From Saprospiraceae bacterium (lineage in GTDB: Bacteria; Bacteroidota; Bacteroidia; Chitinophagales; Saprospiraceae), in the NCBI GenBank assembly GCA_016787415.1, contig JAEUUT010000213.1:8054-72053 (forward strand): a stretch of 64,000 nt of DNA, written 5' to 3'. Under the pieces are notes generated by a model. The model was not told the origin of the DNA. It saw only the letters and a program-made list of their open reading frames with translations, and ran no database searches. Shown here piece by piece: positions 8,649-17,592 of this stretch; positions within the stretch are counted from its first letter, which is position 1; every line of letters begins with the position of its first letter. A program made the position numbers and the translations under genes.

Positions 8649-9455
8649 TTAATTTTTGAATCTGTTTATGTTATTAATAACTGATTTTTCAAATGTTTTA
8701 TAAGCAAAATGTTGAATGGCAAGGAATACCGATGCCCCTTTACCTACAGGGTGACTAAATTTCGGGTTTTTATCTTCAACCAATTTTAAAAGGGTATTGA
8801 TTACTGGCGTGGGTTCGGGTGCATTTTCAAATAAATCTTTTGAAAATTGTTCAATTTTGTTGCGGTAAGTATCGTAGTCAGTCATTTTGCCTTCTGCCGC
8901 TACCGAACTATGGAGAATATTGGTTTTAAAACCCATCGGTTCAACCATGGCAACTTTTATATTAAATTCATTCAACTCAAAACGCAAAGACTTAAAATAG
9001 CCTTCCAAAGCGTGTTTGGAAGCACCATAATAGGCGGCACTTGGGAAGTTGAGCAAGCCCATAATAGAACCGACGGTAATTATTTTCCCAAATCGTTGTT
9101 TCCTGAAATAAGGCAACAGTTCGTTGGTGAGTTTCACCGTTCCCCAGAAATTGGTTTCAAATTGCTTCCTGCCTTGTTCTATTGTTGTTTCTTCAGCGAG
9201 CCCCGACAGGTAGAATCCTGCATTGTTAATCAATACATCTAATTGATTGGTGTGCCTGAACAACTCTTTGCTAAAAGAAAGAATCGAATTGTCATCAGCA
9301 ATATCCAATGCCAAAACTTTAAAAGGCAAAGAATCCTGGACTTTTTCAGGGTTACGGCTAGTTCCTATTACGTTGTAACCACTTTCGTGAAGTCGTTGGG
9401 CCGCCAACATGCCGAAGCCCGATGATGCGCCTGTTATCAAAATTGTTTGTGCCAT
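8649..9455 (-). CDS. SDR family oxidoreductase
   Basis: TGASSGFG cofactor motif, NNAG, and the YGASK catalytic motif. It directly abuts the downstream MDR gene (8648/8649). Confidence 0.9.
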   Translation of the reverse strand: MAQTILITGASSGFGMLAAQRLHESGYNVIGTSRNPEKVQDSLPFKVLALDIADDNSILSFSKELFRHTNQLDVLINNAGFYLSGLAEETTIEQGRKQFETNFWGTVKLTNELLPYFRKQRFGKIITVGSIMGLLNFPSAAYYGASKHALEGYFKSLRFELNEFNIKVAMVEPMGFKTNILHSSVAAEGKMTDYDTYRNKIEQFSKDLFENAPEPTPVINTLLKLVEDKNPKFSHPVGKGASVFLAIQHFAYKTFEKSVINNINRFKN

Positions 9456-9481
9456 TTTTTGCTTTTATGAATGAATCAAAA

Positions 9482-9541
9482 TATCTTTGCTTGCAAAATG
9501 CAAGTGCAAAGGTAAAACCATGCACTTGCAAAATGCAAGTG
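9482..9541. promoter_or_regulatory. Two copies of the palindrome CTTGCA-AAA-TGCAAG(TG) (9490-9506 and 9525-9541) plus TAnnTTTG-type -7 boxes; candidate HxlR operators
   Basis: The direct repeat of a 17-nt palindromic site is spaced 35 bp, in the 103-bp divergent region between the SDR/MDR operon and hxlR. TATCTTTG lies at 9482-9489 (+). CAAAGGTA at 9507-9514 is TACCTTTG on the minus strand. Confidence 0.45.
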
Positions 9542-9558
9542 TTTAGTCAACTTTTTTT

Positions 9559-9975
9559 ATGAAATCTGTAAAGCACAGGTCTGAATGCCCCGTCAGTTGT
9601 TCCCTGGATGTATGGGGAGACAAGTGGACATTATTGATTATCAGGGACTTAATGCACAACCCGAAGGGCTGCACGTATGGCGACTTTTTAAAATCGCCGG
9701 AAGGAATTGCTACCAATATTTTAGCCTCCCGTCTGCAAGCGTTAGAGGAAAATCAACTTGTTGTCAAACTAGACCACCCCGAAAGCAAAACAAAAGTGTT
9801 GTATAAATTAACCCGAAAAGGGATTGACTTGCTTCCTGTCATTGTAGAAATAAACCTGTGGGCTGAAAAATATTATCCCATTCCGGAGGATAGAAAAGCG
9901 ATGTTGGAAGAGGTGAAAAAGGATAAAGTTGGGTTTATTACGAAGTCAGTGCAAGAATTAATTGATAGCAACTGA
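9559..9975 (+). CDS. HxlR family transcriptional regulator
   Basis: CPVSCSLDVWGDKWTLLIIRDL is the typical HxlR N-terminal winged-helix signature. Confidence 0.85.
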   Translation: MKSVKHRSECPVSCSLDVWGDKWTLLIIRDLMHNPKGCTYGDFLKSPEGIATNILASRLQALEENQLVVKLDHPESKTKVLYKLTRKGIDLLPVIVEINLWAEKYYPIPEDRKAMLEEVKKDKVGFITKSVQELIDSN

Positions 9976-10021
9976 GGGAGATACAATACACAAGTTCAGG
10001 CATCCGATGCACCTGCCTTAC

Positions 10022-10948
10022 TCAAACAGACGGTACCCTTGCTTTCTCCAACAAACTTTGTAGGGCGCTTTCAGAAAAAACGCAACACAGGTCTGCACAT
10101 CGGTCTTCGTCATGGCTGGCACTTTCTGCCAATAAATAGGTCGATACCTGTTGAAGGTTTTCCCGATCGATGCGGGCAAGTGACACGGACAGGTCGTGAC
10201 CGGGTTTTCTTTTTATAAAAAAAACAGCGGTCGTCTCGGCATACAGCCAGGATATAAGCGCTTCCAGTCCGGTGTTTTCCTTTTCAAAGGGCAAGAGCAA
10301 TGATGGAGAGAACTCCAGCAGGATCACCAGGTGCGCGCGGTTTTTTTCAATCAGGCTTTGCATACCGAGTAATGCCTTCATTTCATAGCCCTGAACATCT
10401 ATTTTTATGACATGCACGAAGGGAATGACGGGCCAGAATTCGTCCAGAACAACTGTCTGGACGGCCAAGCCTTCCTTGTCTACGCCATCACGAAACAGGT
10501 GCGACAATTGATGTGCGCCGTGGTTGTTACAGGCCCGGTAAAGGGTATTGCTGCCTGATGTGTGCCCAACTGCATGGTTGAATACTTCTGTATGGCCGGA
10601 AAAGTTGTTTTGCCAGACGTTGTATTGCAAGAGGGCAAAATTTTCAGGCTCCGGTTCGAAGGCGAAAACCTGGCCTGTTGGGCCTGTGATGGCGCCTGCC
10701 AGCAAGGTAAAATACCCTAGGTGGGCGCCAATATCCAGAAAAGTTTGTCCGGGCTGTAGCAACGCCAGCAGCAGGGCGGTGTTGTAGGGTTCCCAAATTC
10801 TGCACTGTGCAATGGTTGATGACACGCCGGTATCTGCATATGGCTTTACCAACATGAATACTGCTTTGCTGAAGGGAAATTCCAACGATACATTTAACAG
10901 CCGGGAGGCTACATCAGGCTTGTTCATCATATTTCCGGCATTCCGCAT
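10022..10948 (-). CDS. FkbM family methyltransferase
   Basis: SAM motif FLDIGAHLGYFTLLAG, then VFAFEPEPENF, and later IKIDVQGYEMKAL. Confidence 0.75.
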   Translation of the reverse strand: MRNAGNMMNKPDVASRLLNVSLEFPFSKAVFMLVKPYADTGVSSTIAQCRIWEPYNTALLLALLQPGQTFLDIGAHLGYFTLLAGAITGPTGQVFAFEPEPENFALLQYNVWQNNFSGHTEVFNHAVGHTSGSNTLYRACNNHGAHQLSHLFRDGVDKEGLAVQTVVLDEFWPVIPFVHVIKIDVQGYEMKALLGMQSLIEKNRAHLVILLEFSPSLLLPFEKENTGLEALISWLYAETTAVFFIKRKPGHDLSVSLARIDRENLQQVSTYLLAESASHDEDRCADLCCVFSESALQSLLEKARVPSV

Positions 10949-12221
10949 TCCGTTGCCGGCGTCGGTCTAGTAATTCGTTAAAAAGGTCATCCCAACGCCC
11001 TGTTATGTATGTCCAATCAAATTGGGGTTGTTGTATGCGGCTATATGCTTTGTGCGCAAGGTCGAGCCGGTAAGTATCCGAGGTGTACAATCTTTCAAGG
11101 CAAAGCGCCACAGATGCAGGGGATACGACGTCCATTTCAAAAGGTGGATAAAGTGTCTGAAAATTATCAACCACTGTACTCATTTCTGCTGCATCTTTCC
11201 AGTTTTCTACAAACGTTGTATGCCCCGGTACCACCTGGGCGGCGCCTGTAGCGGCGTGTTCGAAACTTACAAGTCCCCAGCCCTCCCCCATGGCCGTATT
11301 GAGGCCTACTTCGCAGGCGTTGTAGAGGTAGTTTAATTGTTCGATGGATAGCGGACCGTCGGGGTTCGATTCGTCAGGGCTAAAGACAAGGCGTTCGGCC
11401 ACACCTTCCCTTTCTGCGAGTGCTTTCAGTTCGGCCCTTTCCTTTTCGTTCCTTATTGAATGGTGAAGACAAAGTCGAACATTAGCGGGTTTGTCTCGGG
11501 CGAATAATGCAAAACCTTGCACAGTGAGGTCGAGCCGCTTGCGTTCGTAAGGCAGGTTGGCATTCAGTACAATAAAACTGTCGTGCAAATCCGGGCGATG
11601 CGGGAATGCCCTTTGTTTGGCTTGTCTACGCGCTTCCATAGTCTGATTTTCAAAAAAACCGCCTGCTATTGGGAAAAAATGATGCCGATCCACGCCATGT
11701 GGCATTACCGCGGTATGTACGGTTTGCACGCCATTCTCCAATGTCGTAACGCGGTGGATTTCAGATTCGGAATATTGGGTAAAAACAACGGCACAATCCA
11801 GGTATCTGAACCAGGAAGCCATTTTTTCTTCTTTGAAACGGCCCTCCAGGGGAAGGTACCCGACTATACAGGTTAAATCTCTGAAACGGTTAAGCGCGTT
11901 GATGTAGTTGGGTAGCCAGATAGGTTCTATGGAAAGCAGGGTGATGGTCGGCTTCAGTTGGAGCATAATCGTTGCAGCGTGGTGCGCGCAACGCAACGAT
12001 GGTATCCGGACAGGATAATAACGTATACCATCCTTTTCGAATATCTGTTGCTCCGGGCATCCCAGCGCAAGAAAATGCAATTCATACCGTTCGCCCAGAC
12101 CTGCTGCCAGGTGGCGCATCACCCTGCCCATACCCATGCTGTCCTGATAGGCGCCTATGGCGAATAAGCGTGTGCGTCCTTTTTCCATCTTGTATATATT
12201 GGCGTAAGGAGTAATACGCAT
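10914..12221 (-). CDS. glycosyltransferase (GT4/Glycos_transf_1-like)
   Basis: C-terminal EX7E-type motif MGEGWGLVSFEHAATGAAQVV. It overlaps the FkbM gene by 35 nt. An alternative start is the Met at 12188. Confidence 0.75.
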   Translation of the reverse strand: MRITPYANIYKMEKGRTRLFAIGAYQDSMGMGRVMRHLAAGLGERYELHFLALGCPEQQIFEKDGIRYYPVRIPSLRCAHHAATIMLQLKPTITLLSIEPIWLPNYINALNRFRDLTCIVGYLPLEGRFKEEKMASWFRYLDCAVVFTQYSESEIHRVTTLENGVQTVHTAVMPHGVDRHHFFPIAGGFFENQTMEARRQAKQRAFPHRPDLHDSFIVLNANLPYERKRLDLTVQGFALFARDKPANVRLCLHHSIRNEKERAELKALAEREGVAERLVFSPDESNPDGPLSIEQLNYLYNACEVGLNTAMGEGWGLVSFEHAATGAAQVVPGHTTFVENWKDAAEMSTVVDNFQTLYPPFEMDVVSPASVALCLERLYTSDTYRLDLAHKAYSRIQQPQFDWTYITGRWDDLFNELLDRRRQRNAECRKYDEQA

Positions 12222-12317
12222 AAACCCGGCAAAAAGGCCCGATATGGTTGTTCGCTAGTGCAACGCTTCAAACAAATCGGGGATTTTGTCGGGTTCTGCA
12301 AACGTCCAGAATACGTT

Positions 12318-13754
12318 TTACGATGCTTTGTCATTCGCCATGATGTACGCGCCATCCCACGGCGACCATCTTAACATGGCACTTATGTGATCTTTATCCA
12401 ACACCGTTTCTTGCTTCTCGTAATGGGAGTTGCCCATAAAAGAGTAATCGCCTTTTTGATAGTGCCATTGAGCGCGAGATCCTTCATCTACCGTGTAGTG
12501 TCCATAGGGAACGAAATAAACGAATCTATAGAATCGGATTTGAGTATCACCAGTGTTGTAAAATGGCTCGACAATTGCAGAAGCATCCAGTTTTTTATCC
12601 ACATAGTAGTGACTGTTGATGTGTAATTCGACATCCACAAAGCCGGATTCACTTGCTGGTATAAGGGTCGTTTTATCGCCATCTTTAGTACTTAACTGTA
12701 CGTCATTCAGTTTCTGCGAGTCGGCATGTTTTTCATAAAAGGTCAGCCAATAACTCAAATAAATATTAATTCGTCCTCCTTCCTGGTAGGCTTTAGCCGT
12801 AGGGCGATATGCTGACAATAGTTGATCCAGGTTTTCAATATCCTTACCCATATTTGATTTAAACAGATCACTTTTATTGACTTTGTCGCCTGATGGAGCG
12901 AAATCCTGCCACTCCGGCTGTTTGGATGTAGGATCGAAAATGTCTTGAAAATGAAAATCCTCCACACTGAAGAATGGATCATATAATACTGGGAAAGAAG
13001 TACTGGCTCTCTGGGCAATCTGCATATTTACCATACCAAGTATTCTGGCCATCTGTTCAAACGCCTGACTTTCAACAACTTGCACAGCCTTCAGGTAACC
13101 TTCCACACATCCCTTGGCGATGTCCTCATGGTGGGCCATTCTGTTGGCTGTTTTAGCCATGGTAGTTGCATACCAGAAATGCTGGAGCAGATAAGCGCAG
13201 TAATTATAAAGGCGCTGGGCGGGTAGCCAGGGCTGCTGCCAGGGGAATTCATATTCTATCTGTAAAGCAATCAGATTAGCATATGCCTCTAGCGGACTGG
13301 TGTCGGGAGATTTTAAGGCAGACTCTATTTGATAAACTTCATTAATAATCGGTTCTGTTGTCTTTGTTCCAAGTATGTAACTCTTCCACTGTTCCGGAGT
13401 AGTACTTCCATCTTCGGCGTCTTCCCAAAAACCATAAATACGATTGATTTTATCCTGATAGTTGTGATTCGACCACTGCTCTAACGCCGCCTGAATGATT
13501 TGTTTGTGTTGATTGTCTTCAATATTTTTTAGTTCGTTGATAATGTCGTTCAGTTGCCCCTCAATAGTTTTCAGTTCAGTGGAAATTTCTGTCAGTTTGT
13601 TGTTCAGTTCTTCTTCATTGTCGCCACCTTTCCCGAGGGCGCCAAAAATACTTTTCATAATTTGACCGCCTATAGCAGTACCGGCTCCTCCAGCGAGGCC
13701 TTTTGTAAAATCTTTGATTACTTCGATTGGAAAATTTTCCGTTTGAGCACTCAT
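12318..13754 (-). CDS. hypothetical protein: Gly-rich N-terminus, coiled-coil/helical half and beta-rich C-terminal half; no signal peptide
   Basis: A long ORF in an AT-rich stretch with no competing ORF. The N-terminus reads GLAGGAGTAIGGQIMKSIFGALGKGG, followed by heptad-like LNNKLTEISTELKTIEGQLNDIINELKNIED. No family recognised. Confidence 0.6.
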   Translation of the reverse strand: MSAQTENFPIEVIKDFTKGLAGGAGTAIGGQIMKSIFGALGKGGDNEEELNNKLTEISTELKTIEGQLNDIINELKNIEDNQHKQIIQAALEQWSNHNYQDKINRIYGFWEDAEDGSTTPEQWKSYILGTKTTEPIINEVYQIESALKSPDTSPLEAYANLIALQIEYEFPWQQPWLPAQRLYNYCAYLLQHFWYATTMAKTANRMAHHEDIAKGCVEGYLKAVQVVESQAFEQMARILGMVNMQIAQRASTSFPVLYDPFFSVEDFHFQDIFDPTSKQPEWQDFAPSGDKVNKSDLFKSNMGKDIENLDQLLSAYRPTAKAYQEGGRINIYLSYWLTFYEKHADSQKLNDVQLSTKDGDKTTLIPASESGFVDVELHINSHYYVDKKLDASAIVEPFYNTGDTQIRFYRFVYFVPYGHYTVDEGSRAQWHYQKGDYSFMGNSHYEKQETVLDKDHISAMLRWSPWDGAYIMANDKAS

Positions 13755-14123
13755 GTGAAAAAATTTATAATGTTAGAAAATGAGCATGCATGTGTATTTC
13801 CATACCGGAGGGGGCGGATGGACATTTTGTAAATAGACTCCGAACTGGAATGTGTTTGTAAGAAGAGATTATTCAGACGTAGCGATTGCTATGTCCCTAC
13901 AGGTGGGAATTCAAACTATCAGATAGTGGTTTGCTGGAAAATGGATAATATGTAGAAAGTATGTAAGAAGATTTCAAAGTACTGCGCAGACCTGAAGGGC
14001 CTGCCAAACAGGGCTTGATAACATTAAGGATTATTTGAATACCAACAGCAAACATAGTGGATTTTTTTATACAGTATAGTTGTACGTAAAAAAATCTTGC
14101 GACGAACATTGGCAGCGTTTTTC

Positions 14124-14156
14124 AACGTCGGCAGCGCTTGAAGCGCTGCCGACGTT
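14124..14156. repeat. Palindromic element AACGTCGGCAGCGCT-TGA-AGCGCTGCCGACGTT (second copy of the 6624 element)
   Basis: Same 23-nt core as 6624..6656 with compensatory flank changes (A/T becomes G/C). It lies between divergent genes, so it is not positioned as a terminator. Confidence 0.55.
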
Positions 14157-14218
14157 TTCGCTGCCCCCGTTTCACACATTTCCTTACTTTTGCCCTCGTC
14201 CATACTATCCAACTGCCG

Positions 14219-14644
14219 ATGTCCCGCATAGTTTGTTTATTTCTGATTGCCATAGCGCTTGGTCTGCCCTGCTTGGGCCTGGCGCAAGCAGATAACGCCC
14301 TTCCGACCAACCTTACTACCGTTTCCTGGAAACCGGACACCCTGCAATTTGGTATCATCGAAGAAGGCACCATTTTGCTGGATTCTTTTGTGCTGACCAA
14401 TACCGGCTTGTTGCCTTATGAAATTCGGGGGGCCAAAGCCAGTTGCGACTGTACGGTGCTGCGCTACCCGAAAACACCGATCAAACCGGGGCAGTCGGCG
14501 TCTATTCGCATCGAATTTGACAGCCAGGGAAAAGCAGGGCTCACGCAACCAGGCATCATCATTTACGACAATTCGAGTCCTAACCTGCGGAGTATTCTGT
14601 ATTTGAACGGGCGGGTGATGCCCAGAAGGAAGCCACGGAATTAA
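14219..14644 (+). CDS. DUF1573 domain-containing protein
   Basis: The internal Met at 14219 gives the signal peptide MSRIVCLFLIAIALGLPCLGLAQA. DUF1573-like FGIIEEGT...ASCDCTVL...IRIEFDSQGKAG. A TACTTTTG -7 box lies at 14185-14192. Confidence 0.75.
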   Translation: MSRIVCLFLIAIALGLPCLGLAQADNALPTNLTTVSWKPDTLQFGIIEEGTILLDSFVLTNTGLLPYEIRGAKASCDCTVLRYPKTPIKPGQSASIRIEFDSQGKAGLTQPGIIIYDNSSPNLRSILYLNGRVMPRRKPRN

Positions 14645-15627
14645 GTTTTCAAAAAACTATCCCCTTCGATCACCCGATTCTCCCCATTTTGATATAACAC
14701 ATAGTTGAAACCCGGGTGTATGCTGTATGCACCATGGCGCCCTTTTCGGTCGAGCGCAATGAACGCTACCTGCGCGTCCTTGCTTTGTTCGGGGTATTTG
14801 GCGACGATGCGTTTCACGGCCGTTTCTACTGCTTTTTGCGGGTGCCGGCCCCGGCGCATTTCTTCTACCACGAGAAAACTGCCTACGGTGCGCAGCACCA
14901 TTTCACCCAGCCCGGTACATACGGCGGCGCCTACTTCATTGTCGACAAAGAGACCGGCGCCGATCACGGGGCTGTCCCCTACCCTGCCGTGCATTTTGAA
15001 GGCCAGTCCGCTGGTAGAGCAGCCGCCGCAGATTCGATGCTGCATATCCATAGCCAGCATGCCGATGGTGTCGTGGCGTTCGACATTGATGACGGGCTGG
15101 TATTTGGACTCGATTTTCCAGGCTTCCCAGGCTTTGCGCGCGTGTTCGGTGAGCAAATCTTCCTTTTCGAAGCCCTGGCTCAGGGCAAATTGCAGGGCGC
15201 CGTCGCCCGACATAATCACGTGGGGTGTATTTTCCATCACCTTGCGCGCTACGCTGATCGGGTGTTTGATGTGTTCGAGAAAGGTGACACAGCCGGCCAT
15301 ACCTTTTTCATCCATGATACAGGCGTCGAGCGTCACGTGGCCGTCGCGGTCGGGCAGGCCCCCGTAGCCCACGCTGGTGTCTTCCGGGTCGGCTTCGGGC
15401 ACGTGGATGCCGGTTTCGATGGCATCGAGTGCATAACCGCCGGCAGACAGCACCTTCCAGGCAGCAGCATTGGCTTTTACATTGGGCCCCCAGGTGGAAA
15501 TAACCACCGGAAATGTGCCCATGTCCGTGGATTTGTCCAAATCAAGCCCTTCAAAAAGGCGTTCGGCAGACCCAACAGCCAGGCTACCCAATAAAGTTTG
15601 CTGCAGGAACTTGCGCCGTGTATTCAT
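14641..15627 (-). CDS. N4-(beta-N-acetylglucosaminyl)-L-asparaginase / isoaspartyl peptidase family (Ntn hydrolase)
   Basis: HDTIGMLAMD (autoproteolytic Thr) and GRVGDSPVIGAGLFVDNEVGAAVCTGLGE. A twin-arginine-like MNTRRKFLQQ follows from the Met at 15627; the upstream ORF extension was rejected. Confidence 0.8.
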   Translation of the reverse strand: MNTRRKFLQQTLLGSLAVGSAERLFEGLDLDKSTDMGTFPVVISTWGPNVKANAAAWKVLSAGGYALDAIETGIHVPEADPEDTSVGYGGLPDRDGHVTLDACIMDEKGMAGCVTFLEHIKHPISVARKVMENTPHVIMSGDGALQFALSQGFEKEDLLTEHARKAWEAWKIESKYQPVINVERHDTIGMLAMDMQHRICGGCSTSGLAFKMHGRVGDSPVIGAGLFVDNEVGAAVCTGLGEMVLRTVGSFLVVEEMRRGRHPQKAVETAVKRIVAKYPEQSKDAQVAFIALDRKGRHGAYSIHPGFNYVLYQNGENRVIEGDSFLKT

Positions 15628-15661
15628 GTCTTTATTTTTGGCCGCAAAATATCGTGTCGAT

Positions 15662-16042
15662 ATGAAAATACTGTCTGTTTTTTTCTCAATCTTTCTGTTT
15701 TGCGCCTGCATGACACATCCTGTCAAGGAAGACCCGGCGGCGTGGAAGAAAATAAAACTCGATTTCCGGAGCCTCGACGCGGAAGGGCTGAGTGGAAAGC
15801 CAGGTGGCAAGGTTGCACTGAATTATGAATTCTGTATTCCGGCCGAAGCCGGTATGTGGAAACAGGTTCGCAAAATTGATTCCAGCGCAACCCTGCAAAA
15901 AGGCGCCAAAGGCCGCATCGGATGTTCCGAACAACAGTGGTTGGTGATCGGCAGTACACACCAAAAAAATTACCAGCGTGTTCTGTTCGAACTCGCTTCA
16001 CTCCCCTATGTCGAACGTATAGAACAAACCTTCTGGGAATAA
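15662..16042 (+). CDS. hypothetical lipoprotein
   Basis: The internal Met at 15662 gives MKILSVFFSIFLFCAC (lipobox). The listed 15470 start would overlap the asparaginase gene. Confidence 0.5.
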   Translation: MKILSVFFSIFLFCACMTHPVKEDPAAWKKIKLDFRSLDAEGLSGKPGGKVALNYEFCIPAEAGMWKQVRKIDSSATLQKGAKGRIGCSEQQWLVIGSTHQKNYQRVLFELASLPYVERIEQTFWE

Positions 16043-16044
16043 CC

Positions 16045-16107
16045 CTTCTCACCTCTCGCTTCTCACTTCTCACTTCTCACCTCTCGCTTCTCACCTCTCA
16101 CCTCTCT
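16045..16107. repeat. Nine tandem heptamers C(C/T)TCTC(A/G) filling the whole intergenic space
   Basis: Reads CTTCTCA CCTCTCG CTTCTCA CTTCTCA CTTCTCA CCTCTCG CTTCTCA CCTCTCA CCTCTCT. It begins 3 nt after the stop TAA (16040-42) and ends 1 nt before the ATG at 16109. Confidence 0.9.
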
Positions 16108-16108
16108 C

Positions 16109-17086
16109 ATGGTAGCCATCCGCGTCCAACAATGGGTCATCGTCACGGCAGTGTTGTTGTTTATTGTAAAAATTGTGGCGTATTACCTCACGCATTCCGT
16201 GGCGGTGCTCACCGATGCGCTGGAAAGCACAGTGAATGTGGTGACGGCTTTTACCGGCTTGTACAGCCTGCGCATTGCAGCCAAACCGCGCGATGAAAAC
16301 CACCCCTACGGACACGGTAAAGTAGAATTGTTGTCGGCGTCATTCGAAGGCATTCTTATTCTGGTGGCGGGTTTTATGATCGTGTATGAGTCGATCGACA
16401 ACCTCTTGCACCCGCATCAAATCAAGCAGTTAGACGCGGGTATCATTTTAATTGCCACGACGGCCATCATCAATTTTCTGGTAGGCGCCTGGTGTATTCG
16501 CGTTGGCCGCAAGCAGCACTCCATTGCCCTGGAAAGCAGCGGTAAACATTTGCAATCGGATACCTGGACAACGGCAGGTATCGTAGCGGGTCTTATTTTG
16601 TTGAGGCTGACGGACATTGCCTGGATCGACAGCGTGGTGGCCATTATTTCTGCTATCATTATCATTGTGGAGGGCTATAAAATCATCCGGCAAACAGTGG
16701 CCGGCATTACCGACGAGGCGGATATGGAACTGCTGGAACAATTGATTGGCGTGCTCAATGCCAACAAACGCCCTGCCTGGATCGACCTGCACAACCTGCG
16801 TATCATTAAATACGGCTCTATCCTGCACCTCGACTGCCACCTCACCGTACCCTGGTACTACAATGTGAATGAAGCGCACGCAGAAGTAGATGCACTGGAT
16901 CAACTGATTCGAAACAATTTTCCGCAGTCGCTGGAAATGTTCGTACATACCGACGGCTGCGTGCCGCCGCATTCCTGCCGGGTGTGCCCGCTGACGGAAT
17001 GCCCGGTCAGAAAAGAGGCTTTCGAAGGCAGGCTGGAGTGGACGTTTCAGAATATTACGGCGAATAGTAAGCACGGAATGATGTAA
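16109..17086 (+). CDS. cation diffusion facilitator (CDF) family transporter
   Basis: YYLTHSVAVLTDALESTVNVV and HPYGHGKVE motifs, six TM helices, and a C-terminal cytoplasmic domain. Confidence 0.9.
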   Translation: MVAIRVQQWVIVTAVLLFIVKIVAYYLTHSVAVLTDALESTVNVVTAFTGLYSLRIAAKPRDENHPYGHGKVELLSASFEGILILVAGFMIVYESIDNLLHPHQIKQLDAGIILIATTAIINFLVGAWCIRVGRKQHSIALESSGKHLQSDTWTTAGIVAGLILLRLTDIAWIDSVVAIISAIIIIVEGYKIIRQTVAGITDEADMELLEQLIGVLNANKRPAWIDLHNLRIIKYGSILHLDCHLTVPWYYNVNEAHAEVDALDQLIRNNFPQSLEMFVHTDGCVPPHSCRVCPLTECPVRKEAFEGRLEWTFQNITANSKHGMM

Positions 17087-17107
17087 GAACTCTCATACCT
17101 TTGCGCC

Positions 17108-17566
17108 ATGGCAAAAAAAGAAAAGACCGCTGAAGAGCAAGCCTTCATCAACCCCATCGATAAAGACAAGGTAGCCGAAACGCCCGGCCTGCTGCCCTAT
17201 GCCCATACCGCAGGCAGCGCCGTCATCCGCCCGGAAGACAAAGGACGCATCCGGGGCAATGCCATGACGGCCATGTACGATCAGACAGATCGGCAAATGG
17301 AGCAATTGCGCAAGCAAATGGAAACGCTGATGGCACAAGCCAAATCGCTCAACGAGCGTATGACCGTTTCTGAAATGATCTACCAGGCAGATATTCCTTT
17401 CCAGCCTGTTATTCACCATTACTACCACCTGTATCAACGCAAATCAGACGGTGTACACCTGCTGTCGATGATTGCACCAAGTGAATGGGGGCGCAAAAAA
17501 CCGTACGAACATATCGCCACGGTGCGCCTGCTCGGAGATCATACCTGGGAAGTGATAGAGTCCTGA
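17108..17566 (+). CDS. conserved hypothetical protein (DUF2452-like, from memory)
   Basis: Clean ORF with TACCTTTG at 17094-17101 just upstream. The family assignment is unverified. Confidence 0.55.
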   Translation: MAKKEKTAEEQAFINPIDKDKVAETPGLLPYAHTAGSAVIRPEDKGRIRGNAMTAMYDQTDRQMEQLRKQMETLMAQAKSLNERMTVSEMIYQADIPFQPVIHHYYHLYQRKSDGVHLLSMIAPSEWGRKKPYEHIATVRLLGDHTWEVIES

Positions 17567-17592
17567 GTCGTAAGTCCTGAGTCGTAAGTCAG
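17561..17592. repeat. Tandem 14-mer (two heptamers) TCCTGAG TCGTAAG x2 plus a partial unit, overlapping the stop codon
   Basis: Read directly. The stop TGA at 17564-66 lies inside the first unit. Confidence 0.85.

Noticed and set aside
13897-14212. Small ORFs (13897..14109, 14024..14212, 14080..14295, 14122..14400) in the 460-bp gap upstream of the DUF1573 gene.
   Set aside because: They overlap one another and cross the palindromic element. They are AT-rich, low-complexity and without motifs. The region is treated as non-coding, though an ncRNA or promoter region cannot be excluded.
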